Under the pieces are notes generated by a model. That model did no database searches. It saw only the letters and a program-made list of their open reading frames with translations, and was not told the origin of the DNA. Of a DNA stretch of 64,000 bases, positions 1 to 12,357 are shown in pieces. Positions within the stretch are counted from its first letter, which is position 1, and each line of letters begins with the position of its first letter. Location of the stretch: NCBI GenBank assembly GCA_044892525.1, contig CM097885.1, forward strand, positions 171,616,001-171,680,000, given 5' to 3'. Source of the stretch: Schmidtea polychroa (taxonomy: Eukaryota). A program made the position numbers and the translations under genes.

Positions 1-1947
1 TAATATAGTTTATATATGTTTAGGTAATCCATTTTATATTTCAATATAAAAGACTTGTAAATTTATTAGACAACATTGATTTGAATCACTTAATCTCCTT
101 CTCAATCTCTTTTTACAAATTCATTTTTCGTCAAATTTGCTTCCATTTATGTAGAGATACTCTGACATTAATCATATCAACCCGCAAGCTCTATCAGTTA
201 TTCTCGAATCTTCCAACTGAATCAATATAATAAATTTAATATTTTACTGTCGCTTGACAGACCGCTATTACGCCCGTCAATTAATTAAAATGAATAATGT
301 TGGCAACAATATTTTAATTAATTATTTAGTTTGTAATTTTATAATCCCAATGTATAGGAATCCCATATTGATTTATAATTATTATAATCATCTTTACCTT
401 TTTGTTCGCTACCTCATATCTTCACACCGAGAAATAATTATTTTTCGATCTTCAAAATTTTAATTTGTTCACTTAAATCTGATTTGTGAATTTAACTTAA
501 CTTTCAATATTCAATTTTTATTTTTTCCTTTTTAGTTTTTTTGTTATCTTGGATACGAAAAATTAATTTTTTACATAAACATGTCATAAAAAAGGCATTT
601 CAAACTGTCAATACATTTGCAATTGTTCAATTAAGAAATCGACACCAGACTCTATTATTTTTTTATTTTTATAGAATTCAGTTATTGAAGTTGATGCAGA
701 AAAATGAGTTATATCAAAATTTATTATTTTTGACATGAATTAATTAAATTCTACGTGATTTATTTAAAATTATTTTGTTGTGTATATGAAGGGGATTTCA
801 ACACGTACGATAGGACGTTGAATTGGGTCAAAATGAAAATATTGGATTTTCGTTTGATTATTTTGAAAGTATTGTCAATTAAATTAGACATGGAATGGGC
901 CAGTAGTTTAGGAACCGGAGTAAGTTACACCAAATTTTGAAAGTAATGAAGGTGAATATTAATATAAATATTTATACTATTTTATACCAATTGCGACGCC
1001 ATTATAACACGAATGGTGTTATCGGTGCAAACAAATATAGTTTAGGTAATAGCTAAAAAAGTTACCCGACCGGTGTAATAGGGTATCATTCAAGTGTCCA
1101 CAGCTGTGTTAGGTAGAAGTGTTCAGTTTTCTATGAATCTGATTCATAAAGCTGACTGAGTGTCATCATTAGCACAAATCATATTAAATTTAAGATCGTC
1201 GATAGTTTGTAGTTTTTAGCATTGACGATTTAACATGACCTCACAAGAAAATTTCCAACAGTTTTCAATAGCAAGATGTAAATTAATCACCCCATATGTT
1301 TTGCTTGCTAACTAATGAACCATAACATGATCGAAGTACGGTCTTAGTATTTGTACAGAGCTCGAATTTTGATAAATACTCGACTTATTCTCAAGCCGTT
1401 GAACAAATCGTATATTTATCCATGAATATTTATAAAAACAATACTGAATATAAATGTCAAATCAATATGCCGTAATAATATTCAAGATTACAACAATTCC
1501 ATTTCAACATTCCAGCGCTCTAATTGAAAGACCAGTCGCGCTTCCCGCGATCAAAAATTTAAACAATTATTAGTTTGTTTTATCTTTGCAAATAATACAT
1601 TTATAATTTTGTTTATAAATTTGCCTTGTTAGTCCCATACCACAATGTTACTTTATCAATCTATTCGCTGTTTCACATTGACCAGTTTCTATCCAACATT
1701 CACTATTAATTTTTGTATCGGCACTTGTTCTGTAACAAAGTTCATTAAAATATTTCATGTACATAATTCACAAGTTCGATATTTTGATATGCTCGAGATT
1801 TAAAAGATTCACTTCATTTTCGCATAATTTCTTCTTAATATAAAAAACAAATTTGAACTTGAAAGTTTAAGGATTGAGATCAATCCTTCTAGGAGTTTCT
1901 ACTCGCTGCTAGAAAGATCTATGATGATCGTTTATGAACTTGTAAAG

Positions 1948-3781
1948 CAGGGGTCTCAAATTCAAACTGGCCTGTGGACCGCATTAGACTAGTATCATGA
2001 GCCGGTGGGCCTCAACATATTTTTTTGAAAATAAATACTCGAGAATGTATCAATTGCAATTTAATAGAAATAGGAAAAAAACATTATTATGAACATGTAA
2101 CACAAAATTATTTAAATAAAGACAAACAAAGCGTCAAATATATTATTTTTATTTCTGGCTACTTAGTTGGCAACGTTTAGCCACCACAAGAGCATAAATA
2201 TTAGGAACAATCTTTTGAGATGTGGCCAGTCTTAGTGTTCTTGATGCAATGAATGCTGGTAAAGTTGTTGCCGTGAGGACTGAGGATTTGAAGTTTGTTT
2301 TTAAGTAAACCAACAACTCCGACTTTTTCTGAAAGCATAGCCATCTGTTGCAAGATTAACTAATTTTGACCAAGGTAGCTCAGCTTTAGCAACACACTAT
2401 TCAAGCTTTTGAAAAATATCTTTTCCTGTGGTTGTGTGCCCTTCAAAGGTATTAATTCTAGCAATTCCTCAGTTATCATTAAATGTTTGTCAACACCTCT
2501 AATGAAGACTGCACATTGGGCTGTGTCATTTGTGTCTGTGGTCTCATCAATATCAATGGAATATGCTTCAAAAGTTTTAGTGATATTGACTAGTTTTTTG
2601 TGTCATCTGCTAACTCAGAAATTCGAGCAGAAACTGTATTAGCAGATAGACTTATTCCCTCAAACACTTTCTTCGTTTCAGGGCAATTTATTTTGCAGGC
2701 TTGTACCATGCATTCTTTGACAAAAAGTCCTTCTGTAAAAGGTTTGGATGCTTTTGCTATCATTTCACAGAGAACATAGCTTGCTTTGACAGAATCTTCA
2801 CTGACTTTATTGCGTTTGGAGAACAAACTTGTTTGTTTTTCAAATGATGATTGGAACTGAATAATTTCCTCTTCTCTTAATTTTCCATGGAATTTGTTGA
2901 CTTTTGTTGCCATGAAGTGTGTTATAGCTGTGTTATAGTGTGTTATAACTCTTTTGCTACTGCAATTGTTTGCTGGCAAATAAGACACTGAATTCGGTCC
3001 TTTGTTTCAATAAAAAATTCATATCTTCCCACTTGTGTTGAAACTTTCTGTTTTCATCCTCAATTTTTCTTTTTAATGCCAGCATATCTGTTTCCAACTC
3101 AACATCCATTTTTGATTTCTTTTTCGGAGGCATTTTATATATATACTCCCTCTGTCCAAAAATGATAGTCCAGTTTGACTTTAAATCGTTTTCTTTTATA
3201 CGTAACAGTGATACTTAAAATGCAGTTTTGTTATTTGTTCAATCAATAAAATAAAATTATTTAATGTGTTTTTAGTGTAAAAGGTTTTACAAAACCGTTC
3301 AATTTTTATATTCTCTATTGACAATCATTTTGGGGAAAAGGCTAAAATGGACTATCATTTTTGGACAGAGGGAGTATTTCTTTTGTTTGGAACTATTTAA
3401 AAAAATTGAGTAAAAATTATTGAATACGGATAATTCGTTAAAATTTACAACAAAGATCAAAGTTTTTTATTATAACCTTGGATAATGCTTTGTTTGCTTC
3501 AAATTTTAAACTAAAAATATTATAATTATTAAAGTTTTTCTTTAATAAGCATTAATTAAAAATATTGAAGTCATGCTTTTAATTTAAATAAAAATTAATT
3601 GAAAAACTTGATTTTTAATTGCGGTATGCAGTTCTTGTTATTTAATTAATTTGAATTTCAAATTATAAACTTTTTTTGGTAATTTATTAAATAGTCTTCG
3701 CGGCCAGCATCATAACTGATGAATTCCATCTATTTAAAACATCTTGGCATAGGCAACACTAAGGTAAATGTTGGTCTAAAT
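1948..3781 (-). mobile_element. hAT (Buster/SPIN, GTF2IRD2-like) DNA transposon, internally deleted and frameshifted
   Basis: TIR CAGGGGTCTCAAA at 1948, preceded by TTGTAAAG (NNNTANNN Buster target). Minus-strand transposase pieces: MPPKK at 3135, KRKIEDENRKFQHKW, CLICQQTIAV, ASYVLCEMIAKASKPFTEGLFVKECM, SIDIDETTD. The middle is fused directly to the C-terminal ...AKRCQLSS. The opposite TIR was not found. Confidence 0.85.
3146..3374. mobile_element. Tc1/mariner-type MITE with Stowaway-like TIRs
   Basis: Perfect 27-bp TIR CTCCCTCTGTCCAAAAATGATAGTCCA, with TA TSD at 3144-3145 and 3375-3376; 229 bp, non-coding. Confidence 0.9.
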
Positions 3782-3909
3782 CAGCCATGCACTACCCGCG
3801 GCCCGATTTTATATTTGCTGCGGCCCTAATTTATTTATAATTTATATATTTCATTCAATTATTAATTTGCTAATGCGGCCAACAGCGTTGAAAAGGTTGT
3901 GCATGGCTG
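3782..3909. mobile_element. 128-bp hAT (Buster-type) MITE
   Basis: 11-bp TIR CAGCCATGCAC; exact 8-bp TSD GTCTAAAT at 3774-3781 and 3910-3917. Confidence 0.85.
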
Positions 3910-4169
3910 GTCTAAATGCTAAATTTGATAGAAATATTTATCGAAAAGATCTTTTGATATTATGATTTAAATGTTCGAACGAGTCCTTAAACTTTTTGTA
4001 TTTCATTCCGAAGGTCGACACATACACGATGAAGTATAGCTTTGATTGTTTTTGTACCTGGTACTTCGATATCAGGGTTACTTACAGAAATCATTTCTTT
4101 TAAGGTTGTTGAGGTCGAAAATTTTTAGCAATAAATTTTGCCACGGATGTTAAATTTATTTTGCTAATT

Positions 4170-4385
4170 ACTATCCCGTTTTTTTTCCCAATTTTATACT
4201 GTCCTTTTGATGGATCACCAATGTTTCTGTTTTCTATGTTTAGCAAAGGATGATTTCGTTATAGATAATTTCTTAAATTTGTATTGTCGCCTACTGCAAC
4301 AGTCCACTCATTGCATTCCACGCATTGGACATTTCCATCTTTTGACGTGGTTTTGCAAAATGATTTTCACACGTCATTCATATTA
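4170..4385 (-). pseudogene. BED zinc-finger fragment of an old hAT transposase
   Basis: Minus frame FCKTTSKDGNVQCVECNEWTVAVGDNTNLRNYL*RNHP matches the BED pattern (CxxC...TNLxxHLxxxH) with one stop. Confidence 0.55.
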
Positions 4386-4412
4386 AATTTTCAGTAATTT
4401 GTATTTATTTAA

Positions 4413-4652
4413 CCCTTTAGTACCATAATCTGTATTTAACTAAAAAAATTAAATTTTAATCACGAACAAATTACAACTACTGAACCAATATTCACGACAG
4501 ATGTGTATATCAGTTCACCACTGCGAATTAGTACCAACGATATGTGTTCCCTGTAAGTACCGACGGACAGTAGCTGTCTAATTAAGTTGAAATGACTAAA
4601 TTATGGAAGAAAATAACGACAAGACTTTTAAATACCATTATGCACTAAAGGG
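4413..4652. mobile_element. piggyBac-type MITE
   Basis: TTAA TSD at 4409-4412 and 4653-4656; TIRs CCCTTTAGTACCATAAT / CCCTTTAGTGCATAAT. Confidence 0.8.
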
Positions 4653-5959
4653 TTAATCTGTTATTGAATTACGTTTATGACAATTACGACAATTACGTTT
4701 ATGATAAAGTAAAACCCCGAAAACGGCAATTATTAAAAATGTGTCATTTATTTGAAAGAGTTTTTAATATATTCATTAAGTGAAAAAATCTAAAATAAAA
4801 TAATACACTTTCAAACAAAAAAAATATGGTCGAAAATCAGATATTTTGTATACTTAATCAGTTATATTCAATTTCAGATTTTTGAAGTTTTTTTTTGATT
4901 TTTCAATAGATACGGATAAAAACAAAATATAAACATCATCGGCGATGACACGGTGCACCTACAATTGAACCGATGCGGATCTGGTCGATAGGTTAACAAA
5001 TGCACCATGACTCACCCTATTTAATAATAATAGGATTATTTGCCGTTACGTGATTAAATACAATTTGTTTCCTACTGAAACCTTTTTTGTGGGCACTCAT
5101 TGGCATAATAAAAGTTAATATTTCATTGACAAGTATAGTTGTTCCGTGGTATCAGTCATTTAATTATATATTTGTAATTGTTTTTTTGTTTACATTTGAG
5201 ATCTTATTATATCATAAAATTAATTAAATAAATATAAAAATAAAATTAATTTCACTGAGTTAATTGTGCATTATTTTTAGTAATAACAGATATTACGTGA
5301 ACTAGGTCAATCTAATTAAATTATCACTAATTTTTTTGTCGTATATTAATAATTAAATTTTATATAGTATTACAATGATTATAATATATACTTTTGTATC
5401 AATCTGTGATCACATAGAAATATTAAAAATTCATCAAATGAAGTTGTCTTAATATCCAGGAACAACAGAGGAGGATTAACTTAATGAAGATTTAAAATGA
5501 ATTTTTACAAACATACAATGATGGTTTTATTGAATGCCTTAATAATTTTTCTTGGCTAAAATAAATAGCATAGAACACATGATTGTATTGTTCGAATATC
5601 AAAGTGGAAGACCGTTTTGAAATATATAAAAAAGAGATGATTGATATTTGAGTATTCTCCTTTATATATTAATCACAAACCGTTGAGATATGATTTTATA
5701 TTTTCTATTCATTATCTATAACAGTGCCATCCAACCTGCACTTTTGTTCAAAACACGTTTAATTTTTCATTCTCCCTTACAAATTGTTAGTTGCAATTTT
5801 AAGCAAACTAATCCACCTTATATCAATCCTCATTGCATTGTTTCGAGTATACTTAATTCAAAATTTTTAATATATTAAAATTAAACTGACTACTTAACTA
5901 CTAGGAGGCCTGTTTTATAAATTTATAAATTGCTGAGTGTAATTATAACTTACTTACCC

Positions 5960-6098
5960 NNNNNNNNNNNNNNNNNNNNNNNNNNNNNNNNNNNNNNNNN
6001 NNNNNNNNNNNNNNNNNNNNNNNNNNNNNNNNNNNNNNNNNNNNNNNNNNNNNNNNNNNNNNNNNNNNNNNNNNNNNNNNNNNNNNNNNNNNNNNNNN
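5960..6098. other. assembly gap (139 N)
   Basis: Run of N. Confidence 1.
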
Positions 6099-6199
6099 TA
6101 ACCATAAAAAGACTTTGGAGTATAGAATATAGAATATTAAATTAACATTAATAATTTTATTAAGTTTTAAGTTTTCTAAAAAACAATATTACGGTACTG

Positions 6200-8324
6200 T
6201 AAATAAAAAAACGACGCAAACCAGAGTATGTAATCAGATACGAGCCGCAGAAAATGAAAAGTTACGGAAGAAAATCGTTTGTTTAATTTATCTTGGAAAC
6301 TTGAATTTTTGTTTACAATGCCTGGTGAGAGGCCGATTTGTTTGCTGTGTCAAAATTCCATCTCAGTTTTGAAGAAGGCCAATCTACAGAGACACTACAC
6401 GCCATGCATAGCATTTTGAGAAGAAGGTGAGAGAAGAAAAAGTGGTTTCTTTAAAAAAGAATTTACCTGCCCGGTAGCATGTTTTCAGACGACTTCTGAC
6501 CGCGAGTGACTGTGTATTGGAGGCATCCTTAAAGGTAAGCTGAGTTATGGCTAACAAGCAAAAACCATATTCAAATGGTGACACGGTTAAGAAATGTTTT
6601 CAAGAATTTGCCGATTCTTTGTTTACTGAGTTTAAAAAACAAAGATGAGATCAAGAAACAGATTTCAGATCTTCAGTTATCTCATCAGACTGTTGCCAGA
6701 CGAATTGAGATATTATTTAATGACATATATGAGCAACAGTGCAGGGATTTGAGTGATACATCTGGATTCAGTTTAGCGTTGAATGAATCTTGCGATACAA
6801 CTGACACGGAACAGCTCATAATTTGGATTCGATTTGACGTGAAGGATAACTTTAAAGAAGAACTGTAGGCATAATTACCACTGAAAAATACAACCAGAGT
6901 TGAAGATATATACAAAGTACTGAAGGAATGTTTAGTAAAAATGGAATTGACATTAAGAAGCTTATACCAGTTACTGATGGTGCCCAAGCAATGGTAGGAA
7001 TGAAAATTGGCTTGATTAGCTTGCTGGTGGCAGACAAGGATTTCCCAAACTTTCAAGCTTATCACTGCATTATTCATCAGCAAGCACTTTGTTCGAAATT
7101 GAAAGATGATGAACTAAAAAAAGTAATGGATGTTGTTGTTAAGATTGCAAATTTTATTCGGCCCAATCTTTTGAATCACAGTTTAAGATACTGTTAGAAG
7201 AGTATGACAGCAATTTTAATTATTTGGTCCTACATACTGATCAGAGGGAAAGTCCTGGCAAAATTTTGGGACTTATTGTAAGAAGTCAAAATTTTCTTTG
7301 GTGGGAAACGTAAGGAAGAGTTATTAAAGCATCTTGAGAATCCGGTGTTTATTTCAAGACTAGGATTCTTGATTGACATCACAAATCACCTTAACAAGCC
7401 GAATTTGAAATTGCAAGAGAGATATCAAATTTTGCCTTCTCTGATAAAGGAAATTAGTGTGTTTGAATCAAAGCTTGACTTATTTATGAGTCAATTGCAG
7501 CTATCAAATTATACAAATTTTCTAGCACTCTACAAGGTAGCACAAGATGCAATTAAAAGTGAGCAGTTCGACCAATCACTGGAAATAATAAAATTAAGAT
7601 TTTCCACTCGTTTCAAGGTCATTCGCAATTTGACTCCTCTGTTGCCTTTTATTGACAATCCATTCATGTGTGACATATTAGTTGTATCAACAAAGATGCA
7701 GTTATTAGGAGGAGATGAAGGTGAAGTTCAGCTGAAAATTATTGAATTGAAGCATAGTGTTGCTCTTTAGGATAAACTCAAGGAAACGACCCTAACTGAG
7801 TTTTGAATGATGTATGTTCCTCCAAACATATATAACTGTTGTAGGAAAGTGTTGATCATGTTTGGAATCACCTATGTATGTGAAGCTGGATTTTTGGCAA
7901 TGACCAAAATAAAATCAAATAAGTCAATTCAAAGTCAAATTTCTCATTAAAAACAATAAATTTTTAAAAATTGTAAACACATTATGGTTTTTATTTAAAA
8001 TGTAATAAAGTTACATAGCAGAGTTTTAGATTAAATTTTTTACCAGACTTCAACATCTCTAAAATGCATTAATCAATGATGACACATCTCCATATTTTTA
8101 TTATACCACAAAAGAATTCTATTATAATAATACAAAGGGACAAAAATGAACTTCTTTTTGTTTCCAAATGCTCCAAACTGTATTGGGGAGTTTAGTTATC
8201 GCTAGTAGCTCCGTGTATCACATGGCCCGATGCTTGTGGTGCCAATCCTTCACCCATATGCAGCCCTTGGCATCTTGAAAATTATTTGAGTGGCCCACTG
8301 TGTCAAAAAGGTTGAACAGCACTG
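6200..8324 (+). mobile_element. hAT (Buster, GTF2IRD2/EPM2AIP1-like) transposon with pseudogenised transposase
   Basis: Fragments ANKQKPYSNGDTVKKCF, LQLSHQTVARRIE, FSLALNESCDTTDTEQLIIWIRF, TDGAQAMVG, HCIIHQQALCSK, RLGFLIDITNHLNK, MFGITYVCEAGF. Right TIR reads CAGTGCTGTTCAACC on - and ends at 8324, followed by ATCTATAG (central TA). The left end is probably in the N gap. Confidence 0.88.
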
Positions 8325-8689
8325 ATCTATAGGTATCATCTATTTCAAAGCAGTTAACAGATTGGAGCATTGTTAGCTTATTGAAATTGACAAATAAATT
8401 AAGTTTTTTTTATTAGTTTTCTTTTGACCATTTTAACATAATGGTATTCAACTCGTTTCTTTTAATAAATTCTCAAACTAAGGGTCATGACTTATAGGTG
8501 AGTCGAAAATATATCAGTATTTCTAAATTTTTATTCGAATTTCCAGTTGAGTTTTTTAATGCAAATAAAAATGTATACTTTATCTTAATTTATATTTTAA
8601 ATATTAAAAATCATCAAAAATCATACAAATCATCAATTATTCTCTATACATGTTATACAAATTACTATAATAAAAGACCTAAGAATGCT

Positions 8690-10045
8690 GTCCCAGGATA
8701 TTTGGTATCTATTTCAGAGAAATGGTAATTTCTTTTTAAAAAACTCATGTAAATATCAATGAAAAAAACGCAGAATTTCTATCAAATCAGAAGATCCTCA
8801 GTATATATTTCTACAAATTTCAAAGTTATTCTTAACATTTCAGGAGTTATGTTCTATACTGCAAACTGAATGCAGTCTTTTGGTTTATCTAAACTATGGA
8901 TCTTTATATGATAACCCTTTGTTTATATGAAATTCTATGTAAATTTCGATAAACGCGGATAGCAACGTTGAGGTCATATACATCAATTCATTAGGCGCCT
9001 GTTGACGTATTTTCGAACAATTAATGCATAATAAAACAATGGACAAGTTTGTTGAAATGCAAAATTATCAAGTATACCATGATAAAGAATATGTATCTCG
9101 AGAAACTACTTAAGCATATTAAGGTAGACATTACCTGTCAAGTATCCTGCCAGAAAGAAGAATGTTTCATAAATTTAATCGTGGATATAATCATTCCAAG
9201 CTACATACTAACCTTTGAAGTTTCCTACACATTCTATGATTTAAAATTGTCTTGATAAGACAATTATATCGATTGTTTTTACTCGCAAGTCGTTCCCTCA
9301 TCAAATAAGAAGTTTTCATATAATCAACAGTTTTCGAATTGATGCATGAATTAATATCGATCAATTCCAACGTAAATTGAGTCCAATGCCATTTTGTACG
9401 AGGATAATCGAAAAGTATAAGAAGGCAGTTTTCAAATTGGTGAATCGTTCCTTGTAAAGCCTCTAAAAGTACACAGTACGACAAGATGATGAATTGGTGT
9501 AGTTTGTAGTGTTAGTTAACGAAATGTATTAAAAATAGAGCCATTCTAAGACACGTTGAGTGGATAAATGTTACTAAAATTGGAAACACTGATCAAGAAA
9601 ATATCAAAAATGAATTTCAACAAGAACGTAAAGACTGAGCCAGGTGTTAGAAAGCATGAACCATTCAAATTTTAACATTGAAATTTTGTTTACAAAACGC
9701 CTTGTGATTTGGCGATATCGAGATTTTGTAATGAGTTGGTGCTAAGAATCTGGGTGTAATTAATTTGTATAAATTTATGTCAAGTACAGTCGAATCAAAT
9801 TTGAATTCTTCAGACTGTTAATGAATTCTTTTTTCCATCATTTTACAATAGAGTTAATTTTATATTTATTACACAAATCAAACCTGATAAACAACAATAA
9901 ACATTATCAATTGATAAATAAATGATGAGATAATTTAGAAATATGTACATTTATTACAAATATTGAACATTATGAACATCAGTAAACATGTTTATAAAAT
10001 TCGTCCCATTTCACTGAAATAGATATCTCATTTTAAGACACGCTG
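8690..10045 (-). mobile_element. degenerate Tc1/mariner-like remnant
   Basis: Terminus TA|CAGCGTGTCTTAAAATGAGATATC (on -) at 10045. Subterminal inverted motif TATCTATTTCAGAGAAATGG (~8706) versus CCATTTCACTGAAATAGATA (~10006). Weak peptide WNDYIHD*IYETFFFLAGYLTGNVYLNML resembles the IIGPFFF..TLNGERYL.ML region of IS630-Tc1-mariner transposases. Confidence 0.4.
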
Positions 10046-10739
10046 TAAGAAAAATGATACATTTCTAAAAATTAGAAGATATAATCAACTAGTTCTGAAA
10101 ATGATGACTTTTTCTTTTGTTTCATCTCCGTAATATTTTCTAACACTTTGCTAAATAAACTTTATTTAACTTAGAAATTTATTATAGTTAAATTTTTCCT
10201 GATAAAGTACCAAAATTTTAGAGAATTATAATATTATAATTATAATATTATTTCTTTAATATTCAATTTTCATATTACAATAGATCAATAAATTCGAACT
10301 TATTAAAAAGAATGGAGAGGAAAAGAAAGTGAAAATATTTGATCAACGGTGACACAAATTATAGATTTTATAATGAAAAAAGATAATTTATACTTCATAT
10401 TTTATATATTTTTGTTAATCATTTTTTTCATTTTTATCAAAAAGTTATATACATGAAGCTTGGTCTCAGTTAGCTAGTGTTTTTCTTTTTGTTATTTTCG
10501 ACACTAGTGTCATGATTTGTGTTTTCCATGAGTATTGATATATATTTTCCATTTAGTAAACAAAAATATCTACATAAGGTTATATATATTTCTAAGCAGC
10601 AATTTTTTCTAAATAGAAAACTTGTGAGTTTATGATTGTAAATGGTTTCCTCAGTAATATTAACTAATTTTTTATTTTAAGGTGTACATAAAATCACTGA
10701 AGGTTTATTTTATAAAATTTATTAACAATAAGTATGTCA

Positions 10740-11780
10740 TTAACCAGATCCGTTAACATTCTCAATCTTCTTGGAGCCACTATCAACTCTACTTGTGAAA
10801 ATGATCTTTCAAATTCTGTTGATGTTGGTTGGATTGCCAAAAGAAATTTAACAAAAAGGATTTTTTTGAAAATGAATCTATTAATTTTTCATCAATAATA
10901 ATATCAGCATTATTTCGATATGAATTTTCTCCAATAGTTTGCACTTGTGGTAGTATTGTGGCGAAATTCTCAAATCACTTTTTTCATATTTTCTATCATT
11001 TTTAATTCCAATGAACATATTGATCATTTTATGCAGAGAAATCCATCTGATTCTGCAGTCAATAATAGAAGAGAGATGGGAAACACTGCTTCAAATATAA
11101 TCTATTCTTTAGTTTCATGAATCTTAGATAAATTTCTTATCTTTTTAATTAGAGGCATATATATTTTCAGCAATCAGTATATTTTGTTGGCAAAAATCAT
11201 TGATATCTTGAAGTAATTCAGGTATTTCATCTGTGGTTTTTATTTCATCACTTTTTATCTCACTCACTTTCTTTATCTGATTCTTCACTGAATGGCTAAA
11301 ATTGTGATTCAACCAACTGTTTCTTTTAGTAAAATGTGTTTATAATTGCTAATTTAATACTATGATTGGTACATCTGAAGGGTTCATCTAGTCTTTTGGT
11401 TTTTTGTAATTTACAGCTGCCATATATGCTTCTAGAACTTTAAATTGATCTTCGGTAATATTGAAATTTGATAGCATTTGGAAAATTCCTCCACCTAAAG
11501 ACTTGGCAATTGCCGTCTCTGTATCGACTTCAGTTAACCAAATATCCTATTTACTAATGTGAGCAATCACATTGAATATTTGCTTTTGAGAACCCATTAA
11601 AAAGATTATGACTCTTATATATTTTTGCATGATTAAACTTGCATGGTTTCTTGATTAAATTCCGATTTTAGTAGCTTCTTGATGGTTTCAGATGATTTTA
11701 TTTGGTTCATTGTCAGATAATCGCAACAAGCCTTTTTAGCCAATGATGATGTTAAAGTCCAAATATCATTGAACTTCTTA
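10740..11780 (-). pseudogene. degenerate hAT (Ac/ZBED-like) transposase
   Basis: Minus-strand peptides PLIKKIRNLSKI, IIDCRIRWISLHKMINMF (the RW motif) and FLLAIQPTSTEFERSFSQVELIVAPRRLRM (C-terminal dimerisation motif), with several stops and frameshifts. Confidence 0.75.
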
Positions 11781-12357
11781 TTAATTTAGAAATTTTCGAC
11801 TTTTTTTTTCATTTTTAACTATCATTTTAACTTTTCGTTTTATCTATTTCATGAATTGATGACATGTGAAATTGGATACCTTTCGATTTTGAATATTTTG
11901 AGTTAATAATTTACCAGCAAAGTTTGTAACTTTAAAAACGTTTGGTGCCATGTTAATGGTTTTATTATTGTTTAGATGAAATACAAATCTCCATTTATTC
12001 CTATCACTATTATAATATTCCGGCATTCGATTAAATTATATTTTTATTTCTAAAAATTAAAAGGAATAATCACTTAACTTTTTCTTCATCGACGACAAAA
12101 CGTACATAAGGAAAATTGAACAAAACGACAACCAACGAAATTCAAACATCAAAGAAATGATATTAAAATAAATTTCAATTAAAAATCCCTAATCGCCAGT
12201 CAACAAATTTATTCGTGATTCCGGGTCATGAATACGAACTAAACGGACTATACGTAATTTTCTATTGGTATCTTTTGTAATTTTGTATAAACAGTATGTT
12301 GTGTGGTTTAAGTACTGAATTTCTTTTGGGATTTTTGGTTGTCATTTTCATAGGAAC

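Noticed and set aside
541-738. Possible BAR-domain exon of the RhoGAP (IQLLKLMQKNE after TTTATAG)
   Set aside because: Too short and weak to assign; no chain of compatible exons to 15434 could be built.
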